The translations under genes were made by a program, and so were the position numbers. The notes beneath the pieces were generated by a model that did no database searches, had not been told where the DNA came from, and saw nothing but the letters and a program-made list of their open reading frames with translations. From positions 4,712,001-4,776,000 of the forward strand of contig NW_027266273.1 of NCBI RefSeq assembly GCF_022045235.1: 64,000 nucleotides of DNA. Reading direction: 5' to 3'. Source of the DNA: Haliotis cracherodii. Lineage: Eukaryota. This document shows, one piece after another, positions 1 through 15,500 of this stretch. Each line of letters starts with the position of its first letter. Within the stretch, counting starts at the first letter, position 1.

Positions 1-245
1 ATGATCATTACTTCTTCTATCAACTACTATTAAATGGCCCTGACAGGGCTGCAGGGATGTGGCTGAAATATTGCTGCTGTGGCACAAAACAACATTCACT
101 CACATGGGATTTGAAGGAAAGTGCTCAGAAAAGCTGCATGCAAAAATTGCTAAAGAAGAAGAGATTTTCGTTAAAGAAATTAGACAACTTTTTTTGTAAG
201 CCTGAGAGTCCCACATTGTAACTTAATATTCTTTAACTTCCTCAG

Positions 246-548
246 AGCCCCCAGGCCCCCCACTGTTTGTGCGGGTCAGCAAGATCACCAAGAAGTCTGT
301 CACTATTGACTGGGGTACGCCCTCTGACGATGGTGGCTCCAAGATCATTCGCTACCACATCTACACCTCAAAGAAGACAAGGGGAGAGTGGAAGGAGGTT
401 GCCAAGGTCAAGGCCTTTGACTCTGACTATGAAGTACAAGATCTTGAGGAAGGCCAAGACTACTTCTTCGCTGTTGCTGCAGAGAACGAAGTCGGCATTG
501 GCAAGATGGCAGAAACAGAAGCTGCTGCTAAGCCCCAGAAACCAATGG
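246..548 (+). CDS. FN3 exon 1 (phase 1-1)
   Basis: ctcag|AGCCC...ATGG|gtaag; EPPGPPLFVRVSKITKKSVTIDW...KPM. Confidence 0.93.
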
Positions 549-3500
549 GTAAGAGGAAGAGGATGTTGAAATTATCTCAGTAGACAAGTTTTGATTTATA
601 CTAATATAATATCCAGGTAATATTTCAGTAAAAATTGAAAGATCTCTTTTTCATTTTCTACTTTCTTGCAGAACGACCATCACCTCCAACCCCACCACTT
701 GAAGCCACAGACATTCAACGTGAAAATGTGACCTTGACCTGGAAGGCATCAAAGAGCGACGGTGGTTCGCCTATCTTGCATTATGTACTGCAGAAGCGTG
801 AAAGCTGGAAGACATCTTGGACAGAGGTCACTAAGGTCAAGCCGAATATATTCTCATACTGTGTCCAAAACCTGCGTGAAGGCCAAGAATATTACTTCCG
901 CGTGTTTGCAGAGAACCAGGTTGGAGCATCTGATGCCATCCAGACCGAGGTCGGCATTACTCCACGATCTCCATTCAGTAAGTACTTGGTTAGCATGTGG
1001 GTTTGGGGCTAAATGCTGGAATTCTAACAGGTTCTTGTTTACATGGAACTAACATGGCCATAAACAGTTTTGGACTTTTTGGGCCTGATCACTTTTAACA
1101 TTATACAAACAATGACTTTTGGCTGGGTCATTATTCAAAAACAAGGACCCAAGGACCCAACCCCTTTGCTGGTCTGACTGGACCGAGGCAATTGGCCATG
1201 GTCCAGTCGGAGCAACGAAGGGTTGGGTTAAACAAATAATGCAAAGTTTATTGTTTGTGTATGTGTTGTTGTTTACAATACTGATATTCCAATAACAACT
1301 TATATCCATTGTACGAATAACCATTTGTGACAGGATGAAATTGCATATTCAGAATATTTGGCTAGACCTGTTGTTTATTGTTACTGAATTCTTTTGCCCA
1401 AAATGCAGGAGGTGAAAAGGTTTTAACTGATTTGAAGCCAATTTCATCTGATGCTCCAAAAATATCCAAATATTATTTACATACTGTAAGAGTTACATAT
1501 TTTATTTGGAAATATCTGTTACATTTTATAATAGTCATTTTTTAGTATGTTGGAAAAGCTTTTGGAATAGAAGATCAAGAAATTCTATTTTCAACTTTTT
1601 GCAGGTTTATTCGTGGTCTGGCCTTGAGAATATCTTTTAATATCACCTGTTACTTCTGTGCTTAAGCTAATCATTGTAACAATGTTGTTGGTTGTTTGTC
1701 ACTAATGACCTATTCTGTTCACTATTTGGTGTGCTTCTACTCACATTTTGACCCAAACAGATTTTATGAGTATTTAATGGGGTATTATCTCCTCTCCAAC
1801 ACAGCTGTCAATTGTTTAATGGCGAGATCACTACACTAATAATTTTGCCCCTTGTTTCTCAAATATATTCTTTGGAATATTCATGACAGGATGTGCTGAT
1901 CAAAGGATTAAAATCTAGTTCCACCTGGATTATAATCCTTGGTCTGTCGACAGGGGCATGGGTGGCCCAGTCGTCTAAGGTGCTGCAATTCACTGTGCAG
2001 AGTTGCATCACTTGGGCATGTGGGATTGATTGTGGGTTTTAATCCTGGTTCGCTCCGATTATTTTTCTAGGTTTGTCAGCACTATACCCGTGATCGTGGG
2101 CTTTACCAAAGTGGTAAACGTCTGAGACTTCCTTCACTTCGGGGTTTCCTCCCACATTAAGCTGACACGCCGTGATATAACTGGAATACTGTTAAAAGCG
2201 GCGTTAAACCCAACTCACTCACTCACTGGTCTGTCAACAATTTACCTAAATTTACCCATGTTACAATATACCGGTAGGCTCTACACCAACATTAAGCTGA
2301 CATGCTGTCATATAATGTTGAAATTAGAGGTACACCCAACCCACTCACTCTTTTACCACCTCAGTGGTATAGTTGATAGAACGTCTGCCCAGAGCGCAGA
2401 ATGCTGGTGGTTCGATCCCTGGAAGCATCATAACAAATGACATTTGACAGTTCTGTGTTGCACCCATTGTTGAATTCCCGTAACACCAGTCATGCCGAGA
2501 CAAGAAGGAAACATTCTCACATATGTAAAATGTGCATTTCTAAAACCTGATCTTAAAAGTTAATTTGCGAAATTTTGGATTTGGATTGGTGATATATATT
2601 CCGAGCAGTGAGTCTGTTTGGCTAATCTGGTCAACCAGGAGCTCTGGCTGTAACACTGACTTGGAATCAATATTGGAATTCAAGATGTCTGCCTCATTTA
2701 ACTTTTATATTAATGTTGTTTCATTGTTGTCTGGGATGACTAACTGTGACTAACCATTGTTCTATTAACCAATCAAATTACAGATGTGCCTTCAGCCCCA
2801 GAAGGCCCTCTTGAGGTACTAGAGATAACAGCCCAAACTGTAACTATCCAATGGAAAGCACCCAAATCTAATGGTGGCCTTGCCCTTACTGCTTACTACA
2901 TTGAGCGTCGTGACAAAAAACACACGTCATGGCTTAAGGTGGACCAGGTGAAACCCAGTATCAAGTCTTATTGCATTCAGAAGTTGATGGAAGGAAATGA
3001 GTACTTTTTCCGTGTGATTGCTGAAAATCCAGAAGGACTCTCAGAACCATTGGAGAGCCTTGAAGCTGTCATGCCCAGGGAGAAACCAGGTTAAGATGTA
3101 GATGCTGTTAGCTGTTACTGTATAGCAGAACAGATCCATTCAAGTACACAGCATGCCTACGCAAATGTCTTTACCAACATTTTTGTCGATTTATTAATAT
3201 ACCTTTTATGAGTGATTTTCATCAATTTATTTGAAATAAATATGCAGACTTTTATGTATTAACACACAATTATTCATAAATTTGGATATATTATACTACT
3301 CAACCTTTGATAAGGATAATCGAATATGTCATTCTATTAAAAAATACAATCATTGAAAGATAAAAGTATAAGTAGTATGTAATTTTTGTTTCTTTAGATT
3401 AATATTTATGGAAAAAATATAGAGTAGTTATAGATATTACTATAATCATCAATGTATTCCAAATCAAAGTAATATATTGTCGCAATAAGCCTTCCTTCCT

Positions 3501-6500
3501 GAATTAATAACAGAACAATTTCTGCCTCTAGCTCCTCCTCTTGCACCGATTGGACCAGTCCGCTTCCACAACATCTTGGCAACATCTCTGGCACTTGATT
3601 GGCTGCCTCCGAGAGACGATGGTGGAGAACCAATCACAGAGTACCTCATTGAGGCCTGCTTGAAGGGAGGTGAATGGTTTGAAGTTGGAAAGACAAACTC
3701 AACCACCACCAAACTGAAGGTCAAGGATCTTAAGGAGGGCAAGACGTACGAATTCCGTATCTGTGCACGAAACAAGATTGGTCTTGGCAAACCACTGGAG
3801 TCTGAGCCTGTTGTACCATGCAGACCTCCAGGTGAGATTGTACATCTTCTAGACAGGCAGGACTAGAAGGGGGTTCACACCTATCAAATAGTGTCGTATC
3901 CAAACTAATGCATTGCAAATTTTAGTTTAATTCCACCATCAAAGTTCCTAAGTGTGGTATAACTATCATTAAAATACAGATATATTTGTCAATATCTGCT
4001 ATCCAGAATTGGAAATAAACAGAGATGAAAAATGCTTATCTTAATTCAAGTGCTTTCACATGAAAATGATTGGGATGTATAAATATTCATTCAAAATGGG
4101 AAGCTCTACCTACACCTGACGTGTGATATTGCCTCAAGCTTTGTCCATTTATTGCATTCCATCCAACTAAGACCATCTGACAGTAAATAACTGGTCATGT
4201 TTAACTCATTTGCCATGAACTTCTCTCATGATACTTGTGCATGGAAATAACAGTCTTCGTCTCCCTTCAACAGAGGTTCCATCTCGACCAGTTGGACCTA
4301 TCAAGGTGTCTGACATCACCAGGTGCTCCTGTGTTATTGCCTGGAAGGAACCAGAGGATGATGGAGGCTCGCCTCTCAAATCCTACATCCTGGAGAAGCG
4401 AGACATGAACCGTACTAAGTGGAACCGAATTGACAAGATCGATGCTTCCATCACCAACTTCTGCTGCCAGAACCTCCAGACTGGATCGGAGTATTACTTC
4501 CGTGTCAGTGCTGAGAACAAGATTGGAGTTAGTAAACCACTTGAGATGGACAAACCAGTTCTCATCAAGAGTCCTTATGGTGAGATATATTTTCAAGAAT
4601 GAGTGGTATCTTGTGTGTCATATCTATAAGGTAAAGAGGAAATCAGGTTCATTTTTAAGAAAAACAAGGCCGTCTTGTGGTTAAAGCAGTCACTTTTACA
4701 TGAGGATTCAATTCCCCACATGGGTACAATTTGTGAAGACCATTCCTTTTTCCCCTGTCTTGGTGTTGCTAATATTATAAAGCATATCCTTTCACAAGAA
4801 CACTGTCTTTTTTCAGATGTTCCATCAGCGCCCAAGTTCCTAAAGGCAGCTAATGTCAATGAGAAGACAGCAGACATTGAATGGAAGGCACCAGATAGTG
4901 ATGGAGGTCGACCTCTCACCGGCTACATCATCCAGTTCCGTGAGTCACGTCGTTCCATCTGGAACACCTTCTGTGAAGTGGAAGCCACAATGACCTCCAT
5001 CAAGCTGACTGACCTGGTTCCTGGCAATGAGTATGTCGTGGCTGTAGTAGCAGTTAACGAAGAGGGACAGAGTCCCCCAGCCATCCTCTCTGAGCCAATC
5101 AGACCACAGAAACACCTCAGTAAGTTCTACTCAGATATAGACACTTATCAATTCTCATTTAACAATTTTTTTAAACTCTTGAGTCTTTGGTTTTATTCTA
5201 AAGTTTCCTTCAATATGAGGTGTGGTGGGATCTACCATATGTCAAGGATATAAAGGTATATATTCAATATGGGTATAACATGTCCAGTCTTTTCTTCGTC
5301 TCTCTGAGGGGCGGTGGGGTAGCCTAGTGGTTAAAGCATTTTCTCATCACGCCTAAGACCTGGATTCGATTCCCAACATGGTTACAATGTGTGAAGCCCA
5401 TTTTCAGGTGTCCCCCGCCATGATATTGCTGGAATATTGCTAAAAAAGCGGCATAAAACTATACTCATCCACTCACTCATCTCCCTGTTATATGCGGGAA
5501 TAATTCTGAAAGCAGAATCAAACACTGGTACTCACCTCTGCACCAAAAGGTTGCCAGCATCATTAGTTAGTATCCTTATATCAGTGGTTGAAGTCTCCTG
5601 CAGCAGAATCAATTGCTGCTTCATCTTTATGATGGCAATAAGTTTACATATCCTTTTGCTGCAGAGGGTTGTCCTTGTTGCATAAAACCCTGGGGATGAA
5701 ATAGTATTTCTGTTAGTAACGAAACATTTGGACAAGAAACAGTAGGGTTGCCATTTGGTAATCCCATTTGAGTACAATATGTGAAGCTGATTTTTTATGT
5801 CCTGTGATATTGCAGGAATATTACTAAAATTGATATGAAACCAAACTTACTCACTTAAGCTTTTAGGAAATGGTTTAAGGATTATGTTTAGATTCTCATT
5901 CACTTCCTTCAACAGGAGTTCCAGGACCACCGGAGGCCCTCCAGCTGAGGAACATGACCAAGGTGGGTCTTACCCTGGAGTGGAACCCACCATCAGACGA
6001 TGGCGGCACCAAGGTCCGACGCTACCACATCGAGACGTGCACCATCGACAGCAAGGAGTGGGACCGAGTGGAGACAGTGGAACATTACCGCTCACACTGT
6101 GGAGTGTCAGGACTGAAACCCGAGGTGGACTGGTTCTTTGCTGTCGTTGCCGAGAACGATGTTGGTGTCAGTGAACGCTGTGTCTCCAAGAAGCCAGTTA
6201 GATTTGACAAACCAATTGGTAAGATTTTGACGTGTATATTTTGTTCCAATTGCATTAATATTCATGAACCAGTGGTGTTAATGGAAAAACATTTGTCAGA
6301 CATATTTGATAAAGGGAACAGACTGGTTGCTTGAAGAGTCAGATTGAAAATCCATTAAAGCAAAGCACATGATGCAGAGTTATAGTAAAACATAGGAAGA
6401 AAAGGAGTTAAATGGAGACAATGATGTCAATGCTTTTGATAGTCTGAGACAAATGGGTAATGGGCTGTTGGGGTGGTTTGATGGTCAATGGGTTCAATAC

Positions 6501-9500
6501 TTTTCATGTGGACAACAAGTGAAGCCCATTTATGATGTCCTATGTCATGTTAAGGCTACGTGTTGACTAATATTGATGTTAAATTCTGTTCTAACAAAGT
6601 AAAAAACTCCACACTTTACAGTTGCTCCATCACCACCTGTTGGTCCAATGGTGGCTTCCGACGTGAACCGTCGTGGTTTCCGCGTAACCTGGAAGCCAAG
6701 TGAGAGAGATGGTGGCTCCCCCATCACAGGCTACGTTGTAGAGAAGCGTGAGGCATGGAAGTCCACATACCTTCCAGTGGAGAAGGTGCCAGCCAAGGTG
6801 CTGAGCTGTGACCTGACTTTCCTCATTGAGAACCAGGATTACATGGTTCGCGTCATGGCAGAGAACATTGTCGGACAGTCTGAACCGCTGGAATCAGTCG
6901 ACCCAATCACAGCCAAAAGCCCCTACTGTGAGTAGCCATGGCTTTTTACAGGCTTGTACATGACCTTGTGATAGGAACATTTTGGGGAGATTAAGTTTGA
7001 ATAACAGTGATGTTATTATATCAAAATCATGAGGACTTGGAATATTATTATTGATAAATATGCTTTGATTGTGTCAGTTACAGTCAAAAAGAAAAGTTTC
7101 ACTATCAATAGACAAATAAGACTAGACTGGTCATATAACTGTGAGTGAGTGAGTGAGTGAGGTATTAAACAACGAACAAAAAATTATTAGAGCAAACAAA
7201 TTTTTAATCTACATGTATCTCCCATGACAGCACCACCTGGACCACCAGAGTCTATCACAGCCGCCGACAGCACAGAAAGCACTGTCACACTCAAGTGGAA
7301 ACCACCCAAGACAGATGGAGGTCTGCCCATCAAAGAATATATTGTGGAACGTCGGGACAAGAAGTATGGATCATGGATCAAGCAGGATGTCACTCGTGGC
7401 TCAATCCTCACCCTAGAGGTCACCAGGCTGACCGAGGGCACACCATACTTCTTCCGTGTCTTTGCTGAGAACGAAGAGGGTATCGGAGCTCCGTGTGAGA
7501 TGAAAGAACCAGTCATACCAATGCGAGAGCCAAGTTAGTAATTGATTTATTAATGAAATTCATAACGCCATCTTTGAAAAATATGTAAAAGTTAATTTAA
7601 TCATTTATGCATCAAATGTACCTGTCAGGATTCCTGTGCAGAATAGGTCCAGGGCTTGTTGTAATGGCCGACTAAAATGAGAATCGGATGGTCACAATGT
7701 ATGACAATGTGTGTATCATACCCTCATGGCCTGATTGTAATGTAGGTTTAGTTGGCCCAGACTTTTTTATTTAGAAATCGCTGTGATAGTTTGAATATTT
7801 TTGACTGTGTAAAACAACACTCACGTATATCATGCAACTTGTAAATAAGCTTTGAAATGTAAAAAAAATGAATATGATCTCATTTTCATTTCAGAGCCTC
7901 CTGGTATTCCAATTGGACCGATCAAATTCCGCGACATCGGAGAAGACTTTGTGACACTGGACTGGCACCCACCCCGAGATCCTGGTGGCATCCCCATCAT
8001 CGGCTACAAGGTGGAAGTAACAACTGACCTTGACACCTGGACCGAGGTGGCCACGACAGACTGTGGCATTACTTCAGTCAAAGCTAAGGAGCTGATACCA
8101 AACAAGAAGCACTACTTCCGTGTGTTCGCCATCAACCGTATTGGCAACAGCAAACCCCTCGAGTCGGAACCTGTCGTGCCCCACAGGCCCCCAGGTCAGT
8201 CTCTAACCCCATGTAACATTGGCTTGGAATAGGTGATTACATGTCCATAAACATGTAGGGATCTTGTTGCTGTGACTATTGTGAGTCTATGTGCACAGTT
8301 GTGTTATGGTACTAAGATCTGTTGTGTAACAATGCCTGACAAAGAGTAGCTTTATTTACTGCAACATCATGGCCAAGGGGTTATATCACTCATCTATTTT
8401 AGTGCTGCAAATACTGTAAGTTACCTGAAAAGTGGCTCATTTACTGAGGAATTGTAAATGAAATAAGTATTGAAGTTAATGCAAAGCTAACATTAGTTTC
8501 TGTTATAAGCATAGGCGGATCCAGAGGGCAGGGGTCCAAGAGTCTGGATTTTTAAGTTTTTTTACAACTTCAACTCTCCAAACACCACCCCCTCTTCTGA
8601 CAGAGGAATTTGACATTTTGGACCCATTCCTTTTAAAAAAAATCATGGATTCATCTCTTGTTTCACCATGAACTGTTCTTGCACTGTTTATGACTGTGTC
8701 TAGGTTTGGTTTTTTTGCCAATGCGGGAATCAGTATTCCTTTGATATTCGTAGATATATTTCCAATAATGAAAAGTCGTATTTGGTAGATCAAACATCAC
8801 CATAAGATAAGTCAATATTTAACATGCACACATTGGTATTCACTATCCAGGTGCACCAGGCAAGCCAGTTGGTCCAGTTGAAGCTATGGATATTGAACGA
8901 GAAGCAGTGACCTTGACCTGGAACCCACCAGAGGATGATGGTGGCAGTCCAATCACTCACTACCTGCTGGAGAAGCGGGATGTGATGAGAGCCCATTGGT
9001 CACATGCAGAGAAGACCTCTAGCACCACATGCAAGTCCAAGGTGAAGAATCTGACAGAAGGAACCGAGTTCTACTTCCGTGTCATGGCTGTCAACAAGAT
9101 AGGAGCTGGCATACCTCTTGAGAGCAGACCCATCTTAGTCAAGAGTCCATTTGGTAGGCATTTCTCTATCAGTCCGGTGATGTTTAATGTAATGGATTCC
9201 TGTTCATGTAATAATTTCTTGAAATTGAAACAGGAAACAGCAAGAGTAACCATTTGTTTTAATTGGAAAATTTGCAAGATTCAATAAATACTGAGGTTTT
9301 CTAATTTGAACAAATATGTTACCAAACTGATCTTTAATAGTGTTCAAATCTTGATGTTAAACGTAATGTCTTCAGATGTACCATCTCCACCTGTTGGCCC
9401 TCTGGCCATCTCCAACGTCACTGACTCAACGGCTGACCTAGAATGGAAAACATCAGAAGATGATGGCGGTTCACCAATCCTCCATTACGCTATTGAGATC

Positions 9501-12500
9501 CGTGAATCAAGACGTAGTATATGGGGCCGTGCTGGTGTAGTAGATGCCAACACATTGACTTTTACAGCCAAAAACCTGGTGGTCAACAATGAGTACTTCT
9601 TCCGTGTCCGAGCAGTCAATTCTGAGGGAGAGAGTCTGCCTCTAGAGGGTGTTGACTCTGTCACTCCCAGCAAGAAGAAAGGTAGGTTGAACACATGAAG
9701 CAAGAAATACATGGGATGTCACTCTGTTCAAGTTTCTCAGTTGTCTTCTTGATAAAAGACTAATATGGATAGCTTCAGGTATTTGTAGGGCCACACAGTA
9801 TTTCATTCTGCTTTTGATCAAGTAAAGTCTTGTAAAAAATTCACAGCCTGGATCGTAAACCCCAAAACATTTTGATGAACTTGTGCAGTCACCATTATCC
9901 CAGTAGTTTCTCCAGATTCCCCGTGGTAAATTCTGACATGATTTCCCAATGACAGGGGCGACGCCATGTTTGTTTATAAACACTGAATGTAGTCACTACT
10001 TGCCCTTTGATATTTGTTTATCTATCATATCTATCCACATATGACCCCAACGGGTATCATTCTTATCTGTTGGCTTTATTCTGCTGAGAAACCTACCCAT
10101 TATATGATGAAACGTGTGATTGAGACCCCCTTGCTTTGACGAAGACAGTTTCCTCAGACTTCTTGGCCTACCAGCACATTCCTGGATATGGATTTCTCGA
10201 TATCCAGATTGTATTGTGATCTCTGTCTTCATCTTCCACAGATGTACCAGAAGCACCAGCATACATCTACCCCGGCCGTGTCTCCGACTCGTCCGTCACA
10301 ATCGACTGGAAGGCTCCTCTCAAAGATGGCGGTTCTCGCGTCAAGCAGTACCATGTGAAGATGACCGAGGACAAACCAGGCTCACAGTGGCTGGATCTGG
10401 GATCAGTGGAAGCCTACAAGACATCATTCAAGGCTAAAGACCTTGACTCCAAGAAGAAGTATCTGTTTGCAGTGGTGGCAGAGAACAGTGTTGGTCTCAG
10501 TGAGATGAGCGTTACAGACAGACCAGTGTCAGTCAAGACTGTTGTCAGTGAGTAGACAAATCTTCCATCTTAAAGCGAGCTACAGAGTAATAACCCAAGT
10601 ACTCTTGCTATTCTTAATATGGTGATTACATGGTTACAATGACTGTTGAGCTTGGGGGATAGAATTGAGTTACTATGATGGGATAGCTGGCTTTAAAAAA
10701 GCTTTTGTTAGTGTGTCACCATACTAAGGTAATGACCCCCTGGAGTAGAAATCCTTGGAAGAATAAGTAAGGATAAGATTTATGGATGAACAATTTCTTT
10801 ATTACAACTAAGAGTGACGTTTCGTTGTAGGTTCCAACACCATTATCAAACAAGTGATATACAGAGTATGGTTGACAAGTAGAATAGGTAGAGACCCATG
10901 TTTGGTGCATAAGCTCACTAAAAGAAGAAATGGATGCTCAAAATGTGCAACCTTGCTGATTGTGTGTCATGAGATGCCATCCTGACATCAACCAAAATGG
11001 CCCCTTTTAGATGAAAATTTGCTCTCTGTGCAAAAACCAGCATTCCATTCACTTTATGGGTACACATAATTTGGCTGATGGTTTGTCGGAATCAGATTGT
11101 TACAGATGTAATGATGCTCCCTAATGCAAACTTCTTTCCTTGTCCCCAGAGCCACCATCACCACCTGAAGGACCTCTGAAGGTCATCAACCTGAGAAAAG
11201 ACGGAGTCACCCTGTCCTGGATGCCACCCGAGGAAGATGGCGGTGCTCCAATCACTCACTATCTCATTGAGAAGCGTGATGCGTTCAAGACCAACTGGAG
11301 TCATGGAGACAGGGTCAAGGCCAGTCAAACCACAGCTGACATCGACTACCTGACCCCAGGAAACAGCTATCACTTCCGGGTCCTGGCTGAGAACCTCGTT
11401 GGCATCTCAGATCCTCTACTGTCAACTGAGCCTATCACACCAAAGAGTCCATACAGTAAGTATTTTCATTTTTAGAGAATTTAAAATGCAATACCAGACT
11501 AGACCAAAAATATTCTTGTAATTAGAATAAGCCTAACTAAACTTTTGTAGACCAGGGTTTGATTCCTGACATGGGTACAATGTGTGAAGCCCATTTCTGG
11601 TGTCCCCAGCCGTAATATTGCTAAAAGCGGCATAAAACAATATATTCACTCACTCACTCCATATCATGAATGGACTCATTTTGTAAAAAGCTATTGTAAT
11701 GTGATTGGCTGTGCTTCTGTACTTTAACGTAGCACTATAACACTGCAACCACTTTATGAAACAAGTCCCTTGTCATATGTCTTTTGTCCCTTGCTAAAGG
11801 ATACGATTTTTTACCCATATTTATTCAATATTTGAATACAGTGAGCTAAAAATGGCCTCAGAACAAATCATTTACAAGTTATGTTCTTCCAGATGTGCCC
11901 TCGCCACCAGTTGGGCCACTGGAGATCACCAGTGTGGATAAGAATTCAGCCACCCTCAAGTGGAAGCCATCAGAGAGTGATGGAGGACTTCCTATCAAGC
12001 ACTACGTCATTGAGCGTCGTGAGGCCAAGAGACAGTCCTGGTTGCGTGTGGACAGTGTCCGCCCCACCACTCACAGTTTCACCGTGGAGCGTCTCATTGA
12101 GGGCAATGACTACATCTTCAGGGTGTTTGCTGAAAATGATGAAGGCCTAAGCCTGCCATTGGAATCTACTTCACCAACATCGTGCAGACGTCAAGCAGGT
12201 CCGTGTTTTGAGAAGCAGACATGAAACTGATCTTATCACTGTTACTGTTGCCATAGTCATCAATTTTGCAAATCTATCTGAGTAAATTTTACTTTTTATG
12301 AGGCAGATTGTTGAATGGATTTTAAAAAATTGATGTTCATGGGTGTGGTCACAATAAAGAATAACACACAAGATTGTTCTTTCAAGAAAAGCACATATTT
12401 TGTTGGCCCGACTTTGACATAAAAATTTCTTACTTACTCAAGGTAACTGTTATATCTCAAGCTTATGATCGTATTTCATTGTGTGAGAGGTTATGTTAAG

Positions 12501-15500
12501 TTAAATCATTCATTAAGTTTTTGTGGAATATGTTTTGATAATGATTATGTTATTTTATCTCACATATGAAAATGACACCAACTTTTAATATTTTCCTCCT
12601 AGAACCCCCTGGCCCACCATCAGGCCGAATCCGAGCCAGCAAGATCACTGCCGACTCCGTTATGCTGGACTGGCTGCCTCCCATCGACGATGGTGGCTCC
12701 CCAATCACCAAGTACATCATCGAGGCTCGTGGGGCCAGTGACACCGATTGGAAGACCATGGCTGAAGTGGACTCTATTGCCACCAGACAGAACATCCGGA
12801 ACCTTAAAACTGGAGAGGTATATGACTTCAGAATCGCTGCAGTGAATGCAGTCGGACGCAGCAAGCCTAACAACCTGGACACAACTGTCAAGCCAATAAG
12901 ACCACTTGGTAAGTCAAGACTATCAAATCTATTATGACATTTTTCAGATGTCATTTTAAAAGATTAAAATTCATTTTGTATTTCTTTACCATTAACTAGA
13001 AGCTCCAGGTAAGTCAGGACTATGGAATCTATTGTTTGATTTTATAAATGTGATCAAGTTTAAAAGATTAAAATTCATTTTGTTCTTTCTTACCATTAAC
13101 CAGAGGCTCCAGGAGCTCCTAGAGGACCTCTGCAGCTTACCAACATGAGGCGTGACACTGCCACGTTATCATGGCAACCACCTCTTGATGATGGAGGCAC
13201 CCCAGTGACAGGCTACACCATTGAGAAGAATGACATGACCCGCAATGCTGGCTGGATGAGGGCAGCAAGAGTCGCCGGCCCCGTCACCAACTACACTCTG
13301 TCCAGTCTCGTAGAAGATCACTCGTACATCTTCCGCGTGTCAGCAGAGAACAAGATCGGACTTGGTGCTCCACTAGAAATGAAGACAGCTGTTGTTGCAA
13401 AGAGCCAGTTTGGTGAGATCTGTTTTTATAAAAAATATTAGTTCTGGCACGTTTTAGTGCTCTAATATAATCAGACATAATATAACAAGACATTGGACAT
13501 GCAAAATATGGCCTGTATTGGTCTGAAGTTTCATCTCAAAAGTATATGTACTACAATGAAAAAACCTTGTTTGTTGTACATGAACAAAAACCAAAAGGAA
13601 TCAACAAATAGTCAAAATTTCATTGCTAAATACCTTGTAACAAACAATTTATGACAACTGACATCACTTTAATGGTGGCGTTCTCCTGTTAGATGTTCCA
13701 TCACCACCCAGTCGTCTGCGGGCTTCTGATGTCATGGACGAGACAGTTGAACTTGAATGGCTGCCGCCAGACTTTACTGGTAACCTTCCCCTTACTGGTT
13801 ATGTTGTTGAGCGTCGCGATGCAGACAGGATGCAATGGCAGAGAATCGGCAACACCACACCTGATGTGACCAAATTTGAGGCCTTGAACCTGTTGGAAGG
13901 TCGTATGTACATGTTCCGCGTGATGGCGGAGAATGCAGAGGGTCTCAGTGAACCGGCCATGTTGCCAAGACCCATCATGCCCGAGAGACCAGTTGGTGAG
14001 TGACGGTTCCAATATTTGTTTGACTGGATCTTTATTGCCTTTTGGCAGCGTTCTTTGGTAAATTAATCATGGACTCTGCTCCTTGGTATGTTTCCAATGT
14101 CCAGTCTAGGTCAAGATATTGTAATTGTTCCCATGTATGAAATGAAGACATTGACTCTGTGTAATTTAGGTAGTCTTGCCCTTTTCACGAACACCTGGTG
14201 TCATCACTGATTTTCAGTGCCCCATTCATATAATTGTCACCGCTATTTTGCCTTTAACGCCCAGTGGAATCTGTTTCAAGAAATAATCAAGATTCTCTGG
14301 TGTTGATGTTTTTATGTTTAACTTCAAAATTGATATACATCAGTGGTGCTTGCATGAGTTGAATCAAGCTTTCTGGGACTGCCAATTGGCTTAATTGAAC
14401 TTTGTCACTTTTGGGGGTTGCAAATAAGATCATGTGACTAAATGATGACATGACTGCATCTTCCTGTGGTAAATGTTGTAGAATGTGGTTGAGAGACACC
14501 TCAGAGTCCATCTGTTAGCTGAAAATATCACTGTACTGCTGCATGGTAGATGATGCTCACACTATCGGCCACCAGTTTGCCTACTCCTGACCTAACACAT
14601 TCTGAAAGCTGCTGAGATACTCACTGATCCTGCTTATCCTTTGTGCACAGATCTACCCGGACCTCCAGAGGACCTTCACGAGACAGCTGTGGACCGAAGT
14701 ATGGTGTCGCTGACATGGCGCCGACCACAGTATGATGGTGGCGCTGTCATCACAGGATACAAGATCGAAGAAAGAGATGGCAAGGCAGCCACCTGGGTGA
14801 CGGCTGGAGAGGTTGGAGGCTTTGACCTCATGTACGACGTCCGTGGACTTATTGAAGGATATGAATACTTCTTCCAAGTCAGCGCCAAGAACATCAGAGG
14901 CTATGGTCCACCTGCTGAGCTGAAACAGGCCATTGTGCCATCTAAGCAGAAGGGTGAGTGACTTTACAAACTTTGTCAATACAATCTGTGAAGCTTCTCA
15001 TTACAATTTACTCAATAAGGTATGTATATTCAAATTAATGGTTCGATTAAACAAATTAGGAAAGATTTCTCAATATTCAAGGCGTTTTCAATATGATTTA
15101 AGAAAAAAATTGGCCCAGTGTTATTACTTGAAATGAAGATTTCCTGGTTTCTATTCCCTAAATTATATATGGTGGCAGGTTTTGTCGTCCCTTGCTGTGA
15201 TACAATATTATGCAAGCTCTTTCATAACTTTCATTTACTCAATTTGATGACAGTTAGAAAAATGTCAGTGGCTATCAATGTTTCTTGATGTTGTTCCTCA
15301 GGTAAACCATCCCGCCCAGTTGGTCCACTCCAATGCAGCAACATCACCGACGACTCTGTGAAGCTGTCATGGCTGCCGCCAGAGAGTGATGGAGGGTCCA
15401 GACTGACTGGCTACATTGTAGAGAAATCTGACATCAGACGTCCAACATGGCTACGTGTTGGCAAGGTCAGTAAAACCTGATTCACTCACTCATTGATTAG

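Noticed and set aside
3406-14979. Many minus-strand and alternative-frame ORFs over FN3 exons
   Set aside because: Shadow ORFs of GC-richer coding exons, with no independent domain or splice support.
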